From a virus: a DNA stretch of 40,131 nucleotides. Under the pieces are notes generated by a model. It had not been told where the DNA came from, ran no database searches, and was given only the letters and a program-made list of their open reading frames with translations. Location: positions 1 to 40,131 of the IMG/VR virus record IMGVR_UViG_3300045391_003787. The stretch is one strand, 5' to 3'. Of this stretch, positions 1 through 9,950 are shown piece after piece (position 1 is the stretch's first letter; the number at the start of each line of letters is the position of its first letter). The translations under genes were made by a program, and so were the position numbers.

Positions 1-69
1 ACTGTTGATGATGCGGGTGGTGGGGATATTAGCATTACAGCAGGAACAACTACTGCCACTAATGGTTAC
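1..69. repeat. Terminal direct repeat. Nt 1-69 are identical to nt 40063-40131, indicating closure of a circular or circularly permuted genome with a unique length of about 40,062 bp.
   Basis: Direct comparison of both window ends. Both read actgttgatgatgcgggtggtggggatattagcattacagcaggaacaactactgccactaatggttac. Confidence 0.95.
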
Positions 70-411
70 GGGGCAAGTGTAAGTATTTTTGCTTCCAACG
101 GTACAGGAACTGGCGATGGCGGCTATGTCACTATAAAACCCGGTAATTCTACTGGTGGTGCTAAAGGTAAGATAGATTTATATTCGGCTGATGGAACAGG
201 AGTGGCAGAATTAGATGCCGATAATGTCTCTAGTATAAAAAACTTCTCTTTTCCCAATCAAGGTGGTACTTTTTGTGCATTTACGTCCGGCTCCGGCGCC
301 CCGGGGTCCACACCAACTTCTATTGGTCAATTTTATGTCGACACCACTGGTCTTAAATTCTATGGATCTACGGGAACGGCTAGTAGTTCAGACTGGAAAA
401 TACTAAATTAG
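1..411 (+). CDS. Glycine-rich tail fibre protein, C-terminal part. It continues from 39574..40131 across the genome junction, giving 300 codons in total.
   Basis: Frame 1 is open from nt 1 to the TAG at 409-411. With the 69-nt overlap removed, it is in frame with the ATG at 39574 (900 nt in total). The translation is rich in G/T/S/A (GGDISITAGTTTATNGYG...). Confidence 0.8.
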   Translation, partial: TVDDAGGGDISITAGTTTATNGYGASVSIFASNGTGTGDGGYVTIKPGNSTGGAKGKIDLYSADGTGVAELDADNVSSIKNFSFPNQGGTFCAFTSGSGAPGSTPTSIGQFYVDTTGLKFYGSTGTASSSDWKILN

Positions 412-421
412 TAAAGAAATA

Positions 422-430
422 TGGTATAAT
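422..430 (+). promoter_or_regulatory. Extended -10 promoter element TGGTATAAT, one of four identical copies
   Basis: Exact TGnTATAAT match in an intergenic gap, 10 nt before the ATG at 440. No Shine-Dalgarno sequence lies between them. Confidence 0.5.
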
Positions 431-439
431 TAATATAAT

Positions 440-1897
440 ATGGCTCTTACCGCACAACAAACTCAGCAATTAGATATAGCCTCGCAGAGAAAACTGGCTG
501 GCACCGCTACTCCGACTGATCTTGCTAACCTGGCTTACGCTACTAAAACCTATAATTATTCTTATAATCCTTCGGCTCCTACTACCACGACAGGGCCGAC
601 GGCGACTAGTCTTCCCGCTGGAATGACCCAGTTGACCTCTCCGGATCAGATTTCTCAGTACAATATTGCTGGACAGGTTGGGGCTACTGGTACTTCAGGA
701 TCCTATCTTTATGGCACTCCAAAGACTGCTATTCCAGCCGATGGCATTGGTACACAAACCCAGGTTAGTGTTAGTCCTCCTCCGCCTAATACTAATATTG
801 CCGATTCCTCGATTGCTGGGGCTACTAAACAAGCTGATTTAAATACACAAACTATCGATCAAGTGAAGTCTCAACTAGATCCAGTCAGCCAGCAGCTATT
901 TGATCTATATAACCAAGAGTCTGGTAAGTCTGCTTATACCGCTGGTCAGGAAACGGCCAATAATATTCCTGGTTTAAATCAGCAACTTGCCGATATAAAT
1001 GGTCAGATCCAGACCGGCGTGGCTGAGTATAATCAACTCAAAGACTCCATTGAGAAGTCCTATCTTGCAACATCTTTAGATAATCGAGGAAAGGCCATCA
1101 CGATGGATAGGATTATCGGCAATCAGGCCCAGATTGATTACAAAAAGCAGTTAGATAATGCGACTATCTTAAGCACTAAAGCCGGTGATATTGCTTTATT
1201 ACAAGCCAGAGCTTTGGGAGTTCAAGGACAAATTGAGGCAGCGCAAAAAGCGGTAGAGCGGGCAGTTGCTTTAAAATATGGACCAATTGAAGAACAAATT
1301 GCTACTAAGCAAGCTCAACTGCAGTTAATACAGCCTTTGCTTAATAAGCAAGAGAAACTACAGGCTAATGCTTTGCAGTTACAATATGATGCGCAAAAAC
1401 AAGCTCTTGCTGATGCTAAAACCAAGGAAACAGATTTCCAAAACTTATTAATTACAGCGGCAGCTAACGGAGCTCCAGCAGCTCTTATCACTAAAGCTCA
1501 ATTAACCAAAGATCCAGTTACAGCGGCTACCATATTGAGTGCTTATCTAAAATCTTCTTCTGGTGGTTCTCAGACTTCAAGTATTCAGGAGTATGAATAT
1601 TATGTTAAGCAAGAACAAGCAGCCGGTAGGAAACCGTTGAGTTATAATGAGTACCAAAATTTAGATGCCAATAGGAAAAGGTCCTTGTCTACAACCAATA
1701 ATGTTACTTATGGAACTAAATTAGAAGATCAACAGATTGCTGATTTTAATAAGGCGGCTGGTGAATATGTTCTAAAATTAGCTGCTAATGAAATTTCTTG
1801 GGGAGCTGCTTGGAATGCGATGAGAGCCCAATTCCCCCAGGCTTCGAATGATAGAATTGATGCGTCTTTGAATAAGGCTGCTTATTATCCAAAATAA
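440..1897 (+). CDS. Virion-module protein of unknown function, possibly an internal or ejection protein, with a Q-rich coiled-coil centre
   Basis: 485-aa ORF, tightly packed with the downstream genes and located between the fibre genes and the glycosylation cassette. No enzymatic motif recognised. Confidence 0.7.
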   Translation: MALTAQQTQQLDIASQRKLAGTATPTDLANLAYATKTYNYSYNPSAPTTTTGPTATSLPAGMTQLTSPDQISQYNIAGQVGATGTSGSYLYGTPKTAIPADGIGTQTQVSVSPPPPNTNIADSSIAGATKQADLNTQTIDQVKSQLDPVSQQLFDLYNQESGKSAYTAGQETANNIPGLNQQLADINGQIQTGVAEYNQLKDSIEKSYLATSLDNRGKAITMDRIIGNQAQIDYKKQLDNATILSTKAGDIALLQARALGVQGQIEAAQKAVERAVALKYGPIEEQIATKQAQLQLIQPLLNKQEKLQANALQLQYDAQKQALADAKTKETDFQNLLITAAANGAPAALITKAQLTKDPVTAATILSAYLKSSSGGSQTSSIQEYEYYVKQEQAAGRKPLSYNEYQNLDANRKRSLSTTNNVTYGTKLEDQQIADFNKAAGEYVLKLAANEISWGAAWNAMRAQFPQASNDRIDASLNKAAYYPK

Positions 1898-1899
1898 TT

Positions 1900-3330
1900 A
1901 TGGGCTGGGCTGAATTTAATGCACAGGCGACTGGAGGTATAAATGCTCCAGTTACACAGACTAAACCCTCCCAAACTGGCTGGGCAGCCTTTAATGCTGC
2001 TGCTACACCGACTAGACAACAAAAACAACTCGACATTATTAACTCCACTCCAACCCCCCCTCAAGGAATATTGGCCAATTTATGGAGTGGGTTTAAGTCT
2101 GTTTTTACAGAGAAGCAGAAGGTTCCCCAGTCAAAACCTAAGAATATATTTGAGAAAGCGATCGCTCCAATTGCTGATGTTCCAGCCCAGGCATTGATTG
2201 GTTTTACCAACTCTTTGCAAGACACCGTAAGAAAGTGGGCTTCTCCTGCACCTGTTTCGTCTAAGATAGGTTCTACAATTGATACAGCACTTAATGCGGC
2301 TAATGTAGCTTTTTCTCCAGTTACTTCAGCCTTTAGTGTAGCGGAGAATACCCCCTTAATTAAGTATCCTGCTAAAGCAATTGGGTGGGTATTTGGTAAG
2401 GCTGGAGATGTGGGTGGTTTCGTAGCAGACAAAGCCATCGATTCAATGCCGCTCACCCCGATAGCTAAAGAGAATTTAAAAGATCCCGTTCACAATTTAG
2501 GAGGGTTGCTTGGACAGACTATTCTCGGTGGTGGAGTTTTTAAGGGTGGCGAGAAGGTAGTCTTAAAAACCCTAGGGGATCATTTCATTTCTAATGTTCA
2601 AGATGTAGCCGTTAAAACAGAGGCTAAGACTCCTATCACTACACCAGAGATTGCTAAGCAAGTCGTAACGATGGCCGCTCAGAAAACAGTGGGGGAAATC
2701 CAGCAGGGGTTAACTAGTGCTACTGATAATGTTGGTGAAAATATAAAACCAAAAGCAGATACAGTTGCCGTCTCCCGGGGACAACTTCCTGTAGGAACTG
2801 GTAAGGAAAAGGTCTCTAGTTTAGAAGCAAGAATAAAAGAAAAATTGAATGCGGTTTCTCCCGAAGATAGAGCTGGACTTTCTACCTATAATGAAGTGAG
2901 TAAGTCAGAAAACATTAAGGCAGCCGCTAAATTTGTAGCTAAAGATCCAGAAGCGGCCATGGCGGTACTACGAGGAGATAAAGTCGCTCCTAAAGGGTTA
3001 CTCTATAACTCTATTTCTATTGCTTTAGAGGAACACATTAAAAACAATCCAACACTGGATATTGCTCAGCAAGCAGACTTAAACTTACGCCTTGCTTCTT
3101 TGCGTTCTACCCGTGCTGGTCAGGAAATCTCTGTTTTGACAGAACGGGATCCCAATAGTCCGGTGAAATATATGACAGATTTAACTAACGCTAAGGTAGA
3201 GGCATTAGGTGGTAGAGAAAAGCTAAAAACTTTACAGAATCAAGAACTAGGTGGGGCAACTAGAGCAATTAGAAGTAATAATCTTGTTAAAACTGATTGG
3301 AATTCGTTTGTAGAAAGTATAAGATGTTAA
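1900..3330 (+). CDS. Virion-module protein of unknown function
   Basis: 476-aa ORF starting 3 nt after the previous stop. It has a duplicated N-terminal GWA(E/A)FNA motif. Function not recognisable. Confidence 0.7.
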   Translation: MGWAEFNAQATGGINAPVTQTKPSQTGWAAFNAAATPTRQQKQLDIINSTPTPPQGILANLWSGFKSVFTEKQKVPQSKPKNIFEKAIAPIADVPAQALIGFTNSLQDTVRKWASPAPVSSKIGSTIDTALNAANVAFSPVTSAFSVAENTPLIKYPAKAIGWVFGKAGDVGGFVADKAIDSMPLTPIAKENLKDPVHNLGGLLGQTILGGGVFKGGEKVVLKTLGDHFISNVQDVAVKTEAKTPITTPEIAKQVVTMAAQKTVGEIQQGLTSATDNVGENIKPKADTVAVSRGQLPVGTGKEKVSSLEARIKEKLNAVSPEDRAGLSTYNEVSKSENIKAAAKFVAKDPEAAMAVLRGDKVAPKGLLYNSISIALEEHIKNNPTLDIAQQADLNLRLASLRSTRAGQEISVLTERDPNSPVKYMTDLTNAKVEALGGREKLKTLQNQELGGATRAIRSNNLVKTDWNSFVESIRC

Positions 3331-3331
3331 T

Positions 3332-5014
3332 ATGGCCTGGTGTTTAACTAAAGATGCAGAAGAAAAATTCTTAAAAGGTCTCCAAGACGGGTCTATTGAT
3401 CCGGCTAAACTCGTTAATATGACGAGCGAGGATAGACGAGCATTTCTTGGCAAATTTGTAGGCGATTGGAACGCTAAGTTTGTTAATACAGAGTTTGAGT
3501 CTAAACTTCTTCTCAAGAACCAGCAACGAGGACTTATTAACTGGGCATCTAAAGCCGCTGGTTTAAAGGAAGCAGCTAGAACTGATTTAGTTGATAAGAT
3601 AAACAAATTAGATAGAGCTTTAAATCCAGAAACAGAAAAACAATTTCTCTCAGATATTGTCCAACGCAGACTTGGGGTTCAAGTTACTCCAGCCGAAGCA
3701 CAAGTTATAACTCAGTATGCTGACAGGTTGAATCAACTATACGACAAAACAAAAAAACCTTTTGAACAATCTCGTCAGTATTGGGAGACAAGACAAGGAT
3801 TGCAAAAGTATATGCGAGATATAACTCCCGAGGCTCTACCTACGACTAAAATTGGTAAAGCTGGGCAACTTGCTTCGGATACTATTTCTATTTTACGGGC
3901 CGTTAAAACAGGTTTTGATTTATCTGCATTAGGTAGACAAGGACGTGCATATTTTGGAACAAGGGAGTGGAACCAAGCCGGTGCAAATTCACTTAGATAT
4001 GCAAAAAGTCAGTCCGCACTCGATAGTTTGGAGACTGATATGATGAGTTCTCCGTATGCTGATTTGATGTTGAAACCAGAGATTAAAAAAGCTCTTGGGT
4101 TAACTTTATTAGGTGAGAAATTCACGGCTCGAGAGGAAACATTTGCTTCTAAAGCTATTGATAAGATCCCTGGATTAAAGCAATCTGAACGTGCTTATGT
4201 CGGGTTTTTAAACGACTTGCGCTATAACCGTTTTGTTAATATTCTTGATAACCTTAAAGCTGCTGGAAACGATATTACTGGGAACACAAAGGCCGTTAAG
4301 GATTTAGCAGAAGTAATTGGTTCGGCGACAGGGCGAGGACATTTAGGGCCAGCCGAGGGAGCCTCGCAAGCCTTAGCTACGGTTCTCTTTTCTCCTCGTT
4401 GGTATGCCTCTCGTTTTCAAGTATTACTTGATCCAGTAACAAGAAGTGGTCCTGCTAGGGTGGAAGCTGCTAAAAATATTATGAGGTTGGCTGGTACTCA
4501 AGCGGCAATTTTGGGGCTTGCTCACATGGCTGGCGCAAAGACGGAAACCGATCCTCGTAGTTCTGATTTTTTAAAGTCTCTAGTTGGTAATACAAGATTT
4601 GATACGACAGGCGGAATCGGCCCATTTATAACCGCTATTGTTAGAACAGAAAAAGTCTTACGAGACCAACCGGCCGTGAAAAGCTCTACTACTGGGAAAA
4701 TAACTAAATTAAATACTGGCAAGTTTGGATCACAAACTTTATTTGATCTTTGGATAAACTTCTTTGCCGATAGAGCCTCTCCTATTGCAAGCATAGTAAG
4801 AGATATTGGTAAGGGGCATGACTTCAATGGTAATCCTGTCAAAATAAAAGCTAACAAAGACTTTGCTAATTATCTAATTACACAACTTGTTGAACCACTA
4901 TTTGCGTCGGACGTTCTCGGTGCATTTAATGACGCAGCCGGTGGTGTCGCTGGTCCACTAAGTGTTCCTGCTTCTTTATTTGGTGTTGGTGTAAATACCT
5001 ATAAGAATAAATAA
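3332..5014 (+). CDS. Virion-module protein of unknown function
   Basis: 560-aa ORF starting 2 nt after the previous stop, in the same operon. Confidence 0.7.
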   Translation: MAWCLTKDAEEKFLKGLQDGSIDPAKLVNMTSEDRRAFLGKFVGDWNAKFVNTEFESKLLLKNQQRGLINWASKAAGLKEAARTDLVDKINKLDRALNPETEKQFLSDIVQRRLGVQVTPAEAQVITQYADRLNQLYDKTKKPFEQSRQYWETRQGLQKYMRDITPEALPTTKIGKAGQLASDTISILRAVKTGFDLSALGRQGRAYFGTREWNQAGANSLRYAKSQSALDSLETDMMSSPYADLMLKPEIKKALGLTLLGEKFTAREETFASKAIDKIPGLKQSERAYVGFLNDLRYNRFVNILDNLKAAGNDITGNTKAVKDLAEVIGSATGRGHLGPAEGASQALATVLFSPRWYASRFQVLLDPVTRSGPARVEAAKNIMRLAGTQAAILGLAHMAGAKTETDPRSSDFLKSLVGNTRFDTTGGIGPFITAIVRTEKVLRDQPAVKSSTTGKITKLNTGKFGSQTLFDLWINFFADRASPIASIVRDIGKGHDFNGNPVKIKANKDFANYLITQLVEPLFASDVLGAFNDAAGGVAGPLSVPASLFGVGVNTYKNK

Positions 5015-5015
5015 T

Positions 5016-5222
5016 ATGGATAGACTGACACAGATAAGAAAGACGTTGGGATTTGCTAAGGATAAAGACTTGGCGATATTCAACGAGCTTACTAACATCA
5101 CTTCCAAACTTGAAGATCTAACTCAAAAAGAGTATACAGATATGTCTTCAACTAATGATCTTCTACAAGAGGTAGTCTCAGAACTTCAGAAACCCACCAC
5201 TGTTCATTTAATCTTAGACTAA
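5016..5222 (+). CDS. Small hypothetical protein
   Basis: 68-aa ORF packed between neighbours. Its stop overlaps the next start. Confidence 0.6.
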   Translation: MDRLTQIRKTLGFAKDKDLAIFNELTNITSKLEDLTQKEYTDMSSTNDLLQEVVSELQKPTTVHLILD

Positions 5223-5662
5223 TGAGAGACATTGAACTCCACATAAAAGCTGACGAGTTCCGAGCTAAGTTAGGCATTAAAGACGGTAAAGATGGTAAGG
5301 ACGGCAAGCAGGGCCCGCCAGGAGAGTCTATTCAGGGCAATAAAGGGGATACTGGTGAACCAGGACCAATCGGACCACAAGGGCCGGAGGGCAAAGAAGG
5401 ACCGGCTGGAAAAGATGGTTCCCCTGATACACCTTTCCAGGTCAGGGATAAACTAGAATCTCTACAAGAAGACGATCGCTTAGATGCTTCGGCTATCAGA
5501 AACCTACCAGAGATGACGCAAAACCCCGTGACTAAGAAGTATTTCTTTAGTGGCGGTGGTGGGAACAAATGGACAATTGGGGGATCTGGTCAAACCTTAA
5601 CTGTCAGCAACACCGCTCCTACCAATCCTGCGGTTGGGGACTTGTGGGTAGACATTACTTGA
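5222..5662 (+). CDS. Collagen-like (G-X-Y repeat) fibre protein
   Basis: The translation has 5 + 10 Gly-X-Y triplets (GKDGKDGKQGPPGES..GNKGDTGEPGPIGPQGPEGKEGPAGKDGSP), encoded at about 5285..5425. Confidence 0.75.
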   Translation: MRDIELHIKADEFRAKLGIKDGKDGKDGKQGPPGESIQGNKGDTGEPGPIGPQGPEGKEGPAGKDGSPDTPFQVRDKLESLQEDDRLDASAIRNLPEMTQNPVTKKYFFSGGGGNKWTIGGSGQTLTVSNTAPTNPAVGDLWVDIT

Positions 5663-5692
5663 CTTTTTTAACCAAAGTAAGACAATTAATAC

Positions 5693-6502
5693 ATGAAACT
5701 CTCGACAGTTATCCCGTCGTATAAAGATCCGAATCTTTTTAAGACTATCGAGGATATTTTAGAGAACAGCGAACTAGGGGATGAGCTAGAGGTCATAGCA
5801 GTTTTTGATGGATATTGGCCAACCGTTCCAGTAATCCAAGATTCTCACGTTAGATACGTCCATTTAGGTAAAAACCGAGGAATGAGAGGAGCAATTAACG
5901 CCGGGGTCGCTGTGGCCCGAGGCGAATTTTTTATGCGCCTGGACGAACACTGTTCTTTTGGTAAGGGATTTGATCGGATCTTAACTAGAGATTGCCAAGA
6001 GAATGAGGTTATGACGGCTCGTCGTTACTTTTTAGATGTCGACAAGTGGGAAGTGATGAAAGATAAGGGATTTGTTGACCATGAAAAGTTATCAATTCAA
6101 AATGTAACCGACACTGTTAAGAAGTTCTCGGGTCGACCCTGGAAAGAACGAGATGAGAAGCAAAAGGATGTGATGCTTTCCGAGACCCAGGCCATGCAAG
6201 GCTCAATGTGGATTGCGAATCGAGAGTTCTACTTAAAGACAGTTGGCGAAATGCAGACCGAAGGTTATGGACCTTTGATTCAGGACTCAGTAGAGGTTTG
6301 CATGAAATACTGGAAGGCTGGTGGACGGTTAATGCTCAATAAAAATACTTGGTTCGCTCACCGCCATCGTGATTTCGGGCGAACTCACAACAACGGCACC
6401 AAAGAGAATCCCGCTAAACAGGATCAGGGTTATAAATACGCACTAGACGTTTGGGGAGATTATTATACTAACGAACTTCTACCCCAATGGTCTAAGTGGT
6501 AG
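5693..6502 (+). CDS. GT-A fold glycosyltransferase with DxH motif (GT2/GT27-like, polypeptide GalNAc-transferase-like)
   Basis: N-terminal VIPSYKD...EVIAVFDG; metal-site motif RLDEHCSF (DEH at 5942..5950); C-terminal block VEVCMKYWKAGGRLMLNKNTWFAHRHR, colinear with the Gal/GalNAc-T motif. It is a paralog of 10619..11605. Confidence 0.7.
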   Translation: MKLSTVIPSYKDPNLFKTIEDILENSELGDELEVIAVFDGYWPTVPVIQDSHVRYVHLGKNRGMRGAINAGVAVARGEFFMRLDEHCSFGKGFDRILTRDCQENEVMTARRYFLDVDKWEVMKDKGFVDHEKLSIQNVTDTVKKFSGRPWKERDEKQKDVMLSETQAMQGSMWIANREFYLKTVGEMQTEGYGPLIQDSVEVCMKYWKAGGRLMLNKNTWFAHRHRDFGRTHNNGTKENPAKQDQGYKYALDVWGDYYTNELLPQWSKW

Positions 6503-6504
6503 CT

Positions 6505-7269
6505 ATGAAAAACCTCTTGGTATTTATAAATCCTCTAAAGACGTTCGAGGGAGCCGACTACTACAAAGAAATACATATCCTAGCGAAGCTGCAGATTGAT
6601 AATAGCCTAGCTTTTGGCTGGAAGCGTGAGGATATTATGATGGTGACTAACTTTCCTTACGAATATAATGGGGTACAAGCTATCGTGGTTCCTGACGAAA
6701 CTTTTGATGCAACCAAGAACACTGTTAGCAAGATCAATGGGATCTTAGCTTTGTTTGATATGGGGCTTATAACTGACGAACTATTTTGGTTCCATGACTT
6801 TGACGCTTTCCAGAACGCTCCTCTAGGAGAAGTAACACTAGGCGACAAGGTACTGGCTCTAACTAACACTACAGTTGATGATAGCCGTCTAAGCACCGGT
6901 GTTCTGTTTTTCTCACAAAGTGCTAGAGATTTATTTACCCAGTTGCAACAAAAGTGTCAGGAGAACTTAGTGAACGAAGAAGTTGGACTGAGACTTTTAC
7001 TCGCTGACCAACCACAACTGCAAGATCAGTTACTACTTTTAAACATCAGCCATAACTTTGCGATCAGAAAACGTCCGGTGGCCGACCAATATCAACAAGC
7101 CGAGAAACCAATAAAAGTTCTCCATTTCCATCCTACTGATAAACGTCTCTGTGATAGTGAACCCACCAAGAACAGTCTTGAGGTGGTATACGGACATAAT
7201 AGTCTAGGCGAATCTCTTTTGGGGGGTGAGTTAGAAGCAAGTTTTTGCAAATATGGTCTGACGGTATGA
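6505..7269 (+). CDS. Putative DxD nucleotide-sugar transferase, paralog family A, copy 1
   Basis: I place the start at ATG 6505 (MKNLL), 3 nt after the upstream stop. The ORF track opens at GTG 6496. Motifs are FWFHDFDAFQN (DxD) and KPIKVLHFHP. It is clearly paralogous to 7266..7997. Confidence 0.55.
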   Translation: MKNLLVFINPLKTFEGADYYKEIHILAKLQIDNSLAFGWKREDIMMVTNFPYEYNGVQAIVVPDETFDATKNTVSKINGILALFDMGLITDELFWFHDFDAFQNAPLGEVTLGDKVLALTNTTVDDSRLSTGVLFFSQSARDLFTQLQQKCQENLVNEEVGLRLLLADQPQLQDQLLLLNISHNFAIRKRPVADQYQQAEKPIKVLHFHPTDKRLCDSEPTKNSLEVVYGHNSLGESLLGGELEASFCKYGLTV

Positions 7270-7997
7270 AGAACCTTTTGTCCTTTACTAATCCTTCTGG
7301 AGAGTTTACCGACGAGGACAAAACACTCGTTAAGATTCATATTGATAACAGCTTAGATTTGGGTTGGAAAAAAGACGACATCTTACTGTTCACCAACTTC
7401 CCTTACGAGTACAACGGAGTTAAAGCTCTACCAGTTCCGGCCTTTGATATAAAGTGGGACAGAACTTCTAATAAAATTCCAGTCATCGAGTATCTACTCC
7501 TTGAGGGAATGTTCCCTGATCTTTACTGGTATCACGATTTTGATGCTTACCAGAATGAACCTTTCGATGAGGCAGAGTTAAGCGGCTTTGATCTTGGTCT
7601 GACCACTTATGGTTATAAGGATCAGATCAATGGTGGTTCATTCTTTTTTCGGGAGAACACTCATGACTTCTTTGATTATCTACTTAATCGTTTGATTCCT
7701 ACTTATCGCACTAGGGCCGATGAAAAGACTATGACTGATATGTGGCGTGAGGGTACTTTAAATAACTGGAACCACAAGATTTTAAACATCACCTATAATT
7801 TCGGTCAGCGTGGACCCAGTCGATGCTACAAACAAGCTGACAAGCCTCTAAAGGTTTTGCATTTCCACCCTTACTATCAGTTCTATCCCCATGACGACAC
7901 CAACATTAACGTCTTCATGCACGGACATAATCAGTGGGGTATTCCCATGATGTCGCAAAGATTAATTGACGTATTTAAGCATCATGGAGTCCAATGA
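7266..7997 (+). CDS. Putative DxD nucleotide-sugar transferase, paralog family A, copy 2
   Basis: MKNLL start at 7266 forms an ATGA overlap with the upstream stop (the track ORF opens at 7245). Motifs shared with copy 1: IDNSL.(F/L)GWK, TNFPYEYNGV, YWYHDFDAYQN, KPLKVLHFHP. Confidence 0.55.
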   Translation: MKNLLSFTNPSGEFTDEDKTLVKIHIDNSLDLGWKKDDILLFTNFPYEYNGVKALPVPAFDIKWDRTSNKIPVIEYLLLEGMFPDLYWYHDFDAYQNEPFDEAELSGFDLGLTTYGYKDQINGGSFFFRENTHDFFDYLLNRLIPTYRTRADEKTMTDMWREGTLNNWNHKILNITYNFGQRGPSRCYKQADKPLKVLHFHPYYQFYPHDDTNINVFMHGHNQWGIPMMSQRLIDVFKHHGVQ

Positions 7998-8664
7998 TCT
8001 AACACTCATAATGCTGACGGCCAACCGAGTACCGGCTGGCTGGGCTGAATTTCATAAAGAAAAACTCCTAGAAGCGGCCCAAGGTAAGCCAATTATTACT
8101 ATTTCCCGTGAGCCTTTAAATTGGGGTATAAACGTCCTTGATACCGAACGGCAGTCTATATCAAATATCTACTTCCAGCTTCTCAGAGGGGCAAAACTAG
8201 CCTCTACACGCTATATAGGAGTGGTTGAGGACGATTGCCTCTATCCAGCCGAGCATTTTGAGTTTAAACCGGCGGATGATGCCTTTTATTACAATGAGAA
8301 TCGCTTCAATGTCTTCACTTGGGGGCGGTCCATGTTTTGCTACAAGAAACGGGTGAGCAATTCTACCTTAATCGCTAATCGAGAATTAGTAATTAAAGCC
8401 TTAGAGGAAAGATTTGCTAAGTGGCCAGACGGAACGCCGACTGGAAACACGGGAGAATTAGGACGAGATAACATCGCTGATAAGTTAGGACTGCCTCATT
8501 ACCCGATGAGACTGTTTGAAACTTACTTTTCTGTAGTTCGAGTTGATCACCAATTAGGGGTAGATAGATTGTCCCGAACTCGTCGCAAAGGACCAGGAAT
8601 GTTAAAATCTTATGAGATCCCTATGTGGGGACGAGCTAAGGATATAGTTAATAAATTCAAATGA
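7984..8664 (+). CDS. Putative glycosyltransferase-like protein, paralog family B, copy 1
   Basis: Probable start at MESNDL (7984); the track ORF opens at 7966. It shares the pattern PII(T/S)(I/V)...P...G.N and acidic-x-D-x-LYP..(H/Y)F (VVEDDCLYPAEHF) with 8661..9332 and 9951..10622. Confidence 0.45.
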   Translation: MESNDLTLIMLTANRVPAGWAEFHKEKLLEAAQGKPIITISREPLNWGINVLDTERQSISNIYFQLLRGAKLASTRYIGVVEDDCLYPAEHFEFKPADDAFYYNENRFNVFTWGRSMFCYKKRVSNSTLIANRELVIKALEERFAKWPDGTPTGNTGELGRDNIADKLGLPHYPMRLFETYFSVVRVDHQLGVDRLSRTRRKGPGMLKSYEIPMWGRAKDIVNKFK

Positions 8665-9332
8665 CCGCCACAATTGTTTATTGCTCTAGTAATAGGGAAG
8701 ACGAAGCCTTCGAGCGAAGGATAAGAGAGTACTTGTTAAAAAACTGTGGGGGGCTACCAATTATTAGTGTCACCCAAAAGCCTACGGATCTTGGAACTAA
8801 TATTTGTGTAGGTGATGATATCGGGGTGTCAGGTTTTAATTTCTTTCGCCAGTGGCAGATTGGTTTAGAGGTCGCCAAAACGGATCTTGTGATTTCTGCC
8901 GAAGCCGATTGTCTTTACCCACCAGATTATTTCCAGTACCGCCCGCCTCGTTTAGACAAGTGCTATCGAAACTCCAACCTCTATGTGATGCCTGATTTGC
9001 GGAGTTTCTTTTTCAAGAAGTCAGAAGGAGCCACACACGCTCAAGTTATCGGACGAGAATTCTTTCTAAATAGATTAAACGAACTTTTCGTAGGAGCTCC
9101 CGAATGGTCGGCTGAGGAAAAGAACTTTCCTAAAGAGAGATGGAAGCAAGAAGATATTTTTTCTGAAGCCGAGATAGAGATGTATGAATCAGAGAACCCC
9201 GTCTTTCAGGTCAAAACCCATAAAGGGATGCGCTATTACACTCATTCAGATCGAACCCCTATCCCCGAGATAAAATATTGGGGCAATGGTACACCACTTC
9301 GTAATTATTTAATTAAAGGAATAGAAATATGA
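8661..9332 (+). CDS. Putative glycosyltransferase-like protein, paralog family B, copy 2
   Basis: ATGA overlap with the upstream gene. Motifs GLPIISVTQKPTDLGTNI and SAEADCLYPPDYF match copies 1 and 3. Confidence 0.45.
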   Translation: MTATIVYCSSNREDEAFERRIREYLLKNCGGLPIISVTQKPTDLGTNICVGDDIGVSGFNFFRQWQIGLEVAKTDLVISAEADCLYPPDYFQYRPPRLDKCYRNSNLYVMPDLRSFFFKKSEGATHAQVIGREFFLNRLNELFVGAPEWSAEEKNFPKERWKQEDIFSEAEIEMYESENPVFQVKTHKGMRYYTHSDRTPIPEIKYWGNGTPLRNYLIKGIEI

Positions 9333-9949
9333 CATTTAAAGAAGGACTAACACACTACGGCTTGCCTTACGAAATACCCGACTGTTCTCGGAATGGGCTG
9401 CCCCAATTCTTGGTAGACTCTGGTTATAAGGTCGGGGCCGAGGTTGGAGTTTATAAAGCCGAGTACTCCGAACGCTTCGCTAAAGTCGGTTTAAAACATT
9501 ATGCCATTGATCCTTGGATGGCTTTCCCGGGACAAGGACGGACCCAAAAGGTTCAGGAGAGACAAGAATTTTTATACGGTCATGCGCAGCGAGTCTTGGC
9601 TCCTTATCCCAACTGCACCATGATTCGTAAAACTTCGATGGATGCTTTAGCTGATTTTGCAGATAACAGTCTTGATTATGTGTACTTGGACGGCGATCAT
9701 TCCTTTCGCTTTGCAGCCGAGGATATAGTGGAATGGTCTAAGAAAGTCCGCCCGGGTGGAATCGTTGCCGGACATGATTATTGGAACACCGGACCCGATA
9801 AGTGGAACGTAGTTTGTCAGGTTAAAGCTGTTTTGGACGCATACATTAAGGTCTTTGAGATTAAGAGCTTTTACATCTATGGCAAGATGCACCCATTAGA
9901 CGAGCAGAAGAAAGACGATAAATTCCACAGTTGGTTATACATCAAATAA
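9329..9949 (+). CDS. Class I SAM-dependent methyltransferase (Methyltransf_24 / TylF-like O-methyltransferase)
   Basis: Motif I-like VGAEVGVYKAEYS and the characteristic YVYLDGDHSFRFAAEDIVEWSKKVRPGGIVAGHDY block. It is embedded in the glycosyltransferase cluster. Confidence 0.7.
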   Translation: MTFKEGLTHYGLPYEIPDCSRNGLPQFLVDSGYKVGAEVGVYKAEYSERFAKVGLKHYAIDPWMAFPGQGRTQKVQERQEFLYGHAQRVLAPYPNCTMIRKTSMDALADFADNSLDYVYLDGDHSFRFAAEDIVEWSKKVRPGGIVAGHDYWNTGPDKWNVVCQVKAVLDAYIKVFEIKSFYIYGKMHPLDEQKKDDKFHSWLYIK

Positions 9950-9950
9950 T

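Noticed and set aside
1785-4857. Minus-strand ORFs inside the large plus-strand structural genes (1785..2048, 2061..2456, 3247..3606, 4522..4857, and the plus-strand alternate-frame 1943..2197)
   Set aside because: They are embedded in longer co-oriented operon genes and have no RBS or coupling signals.
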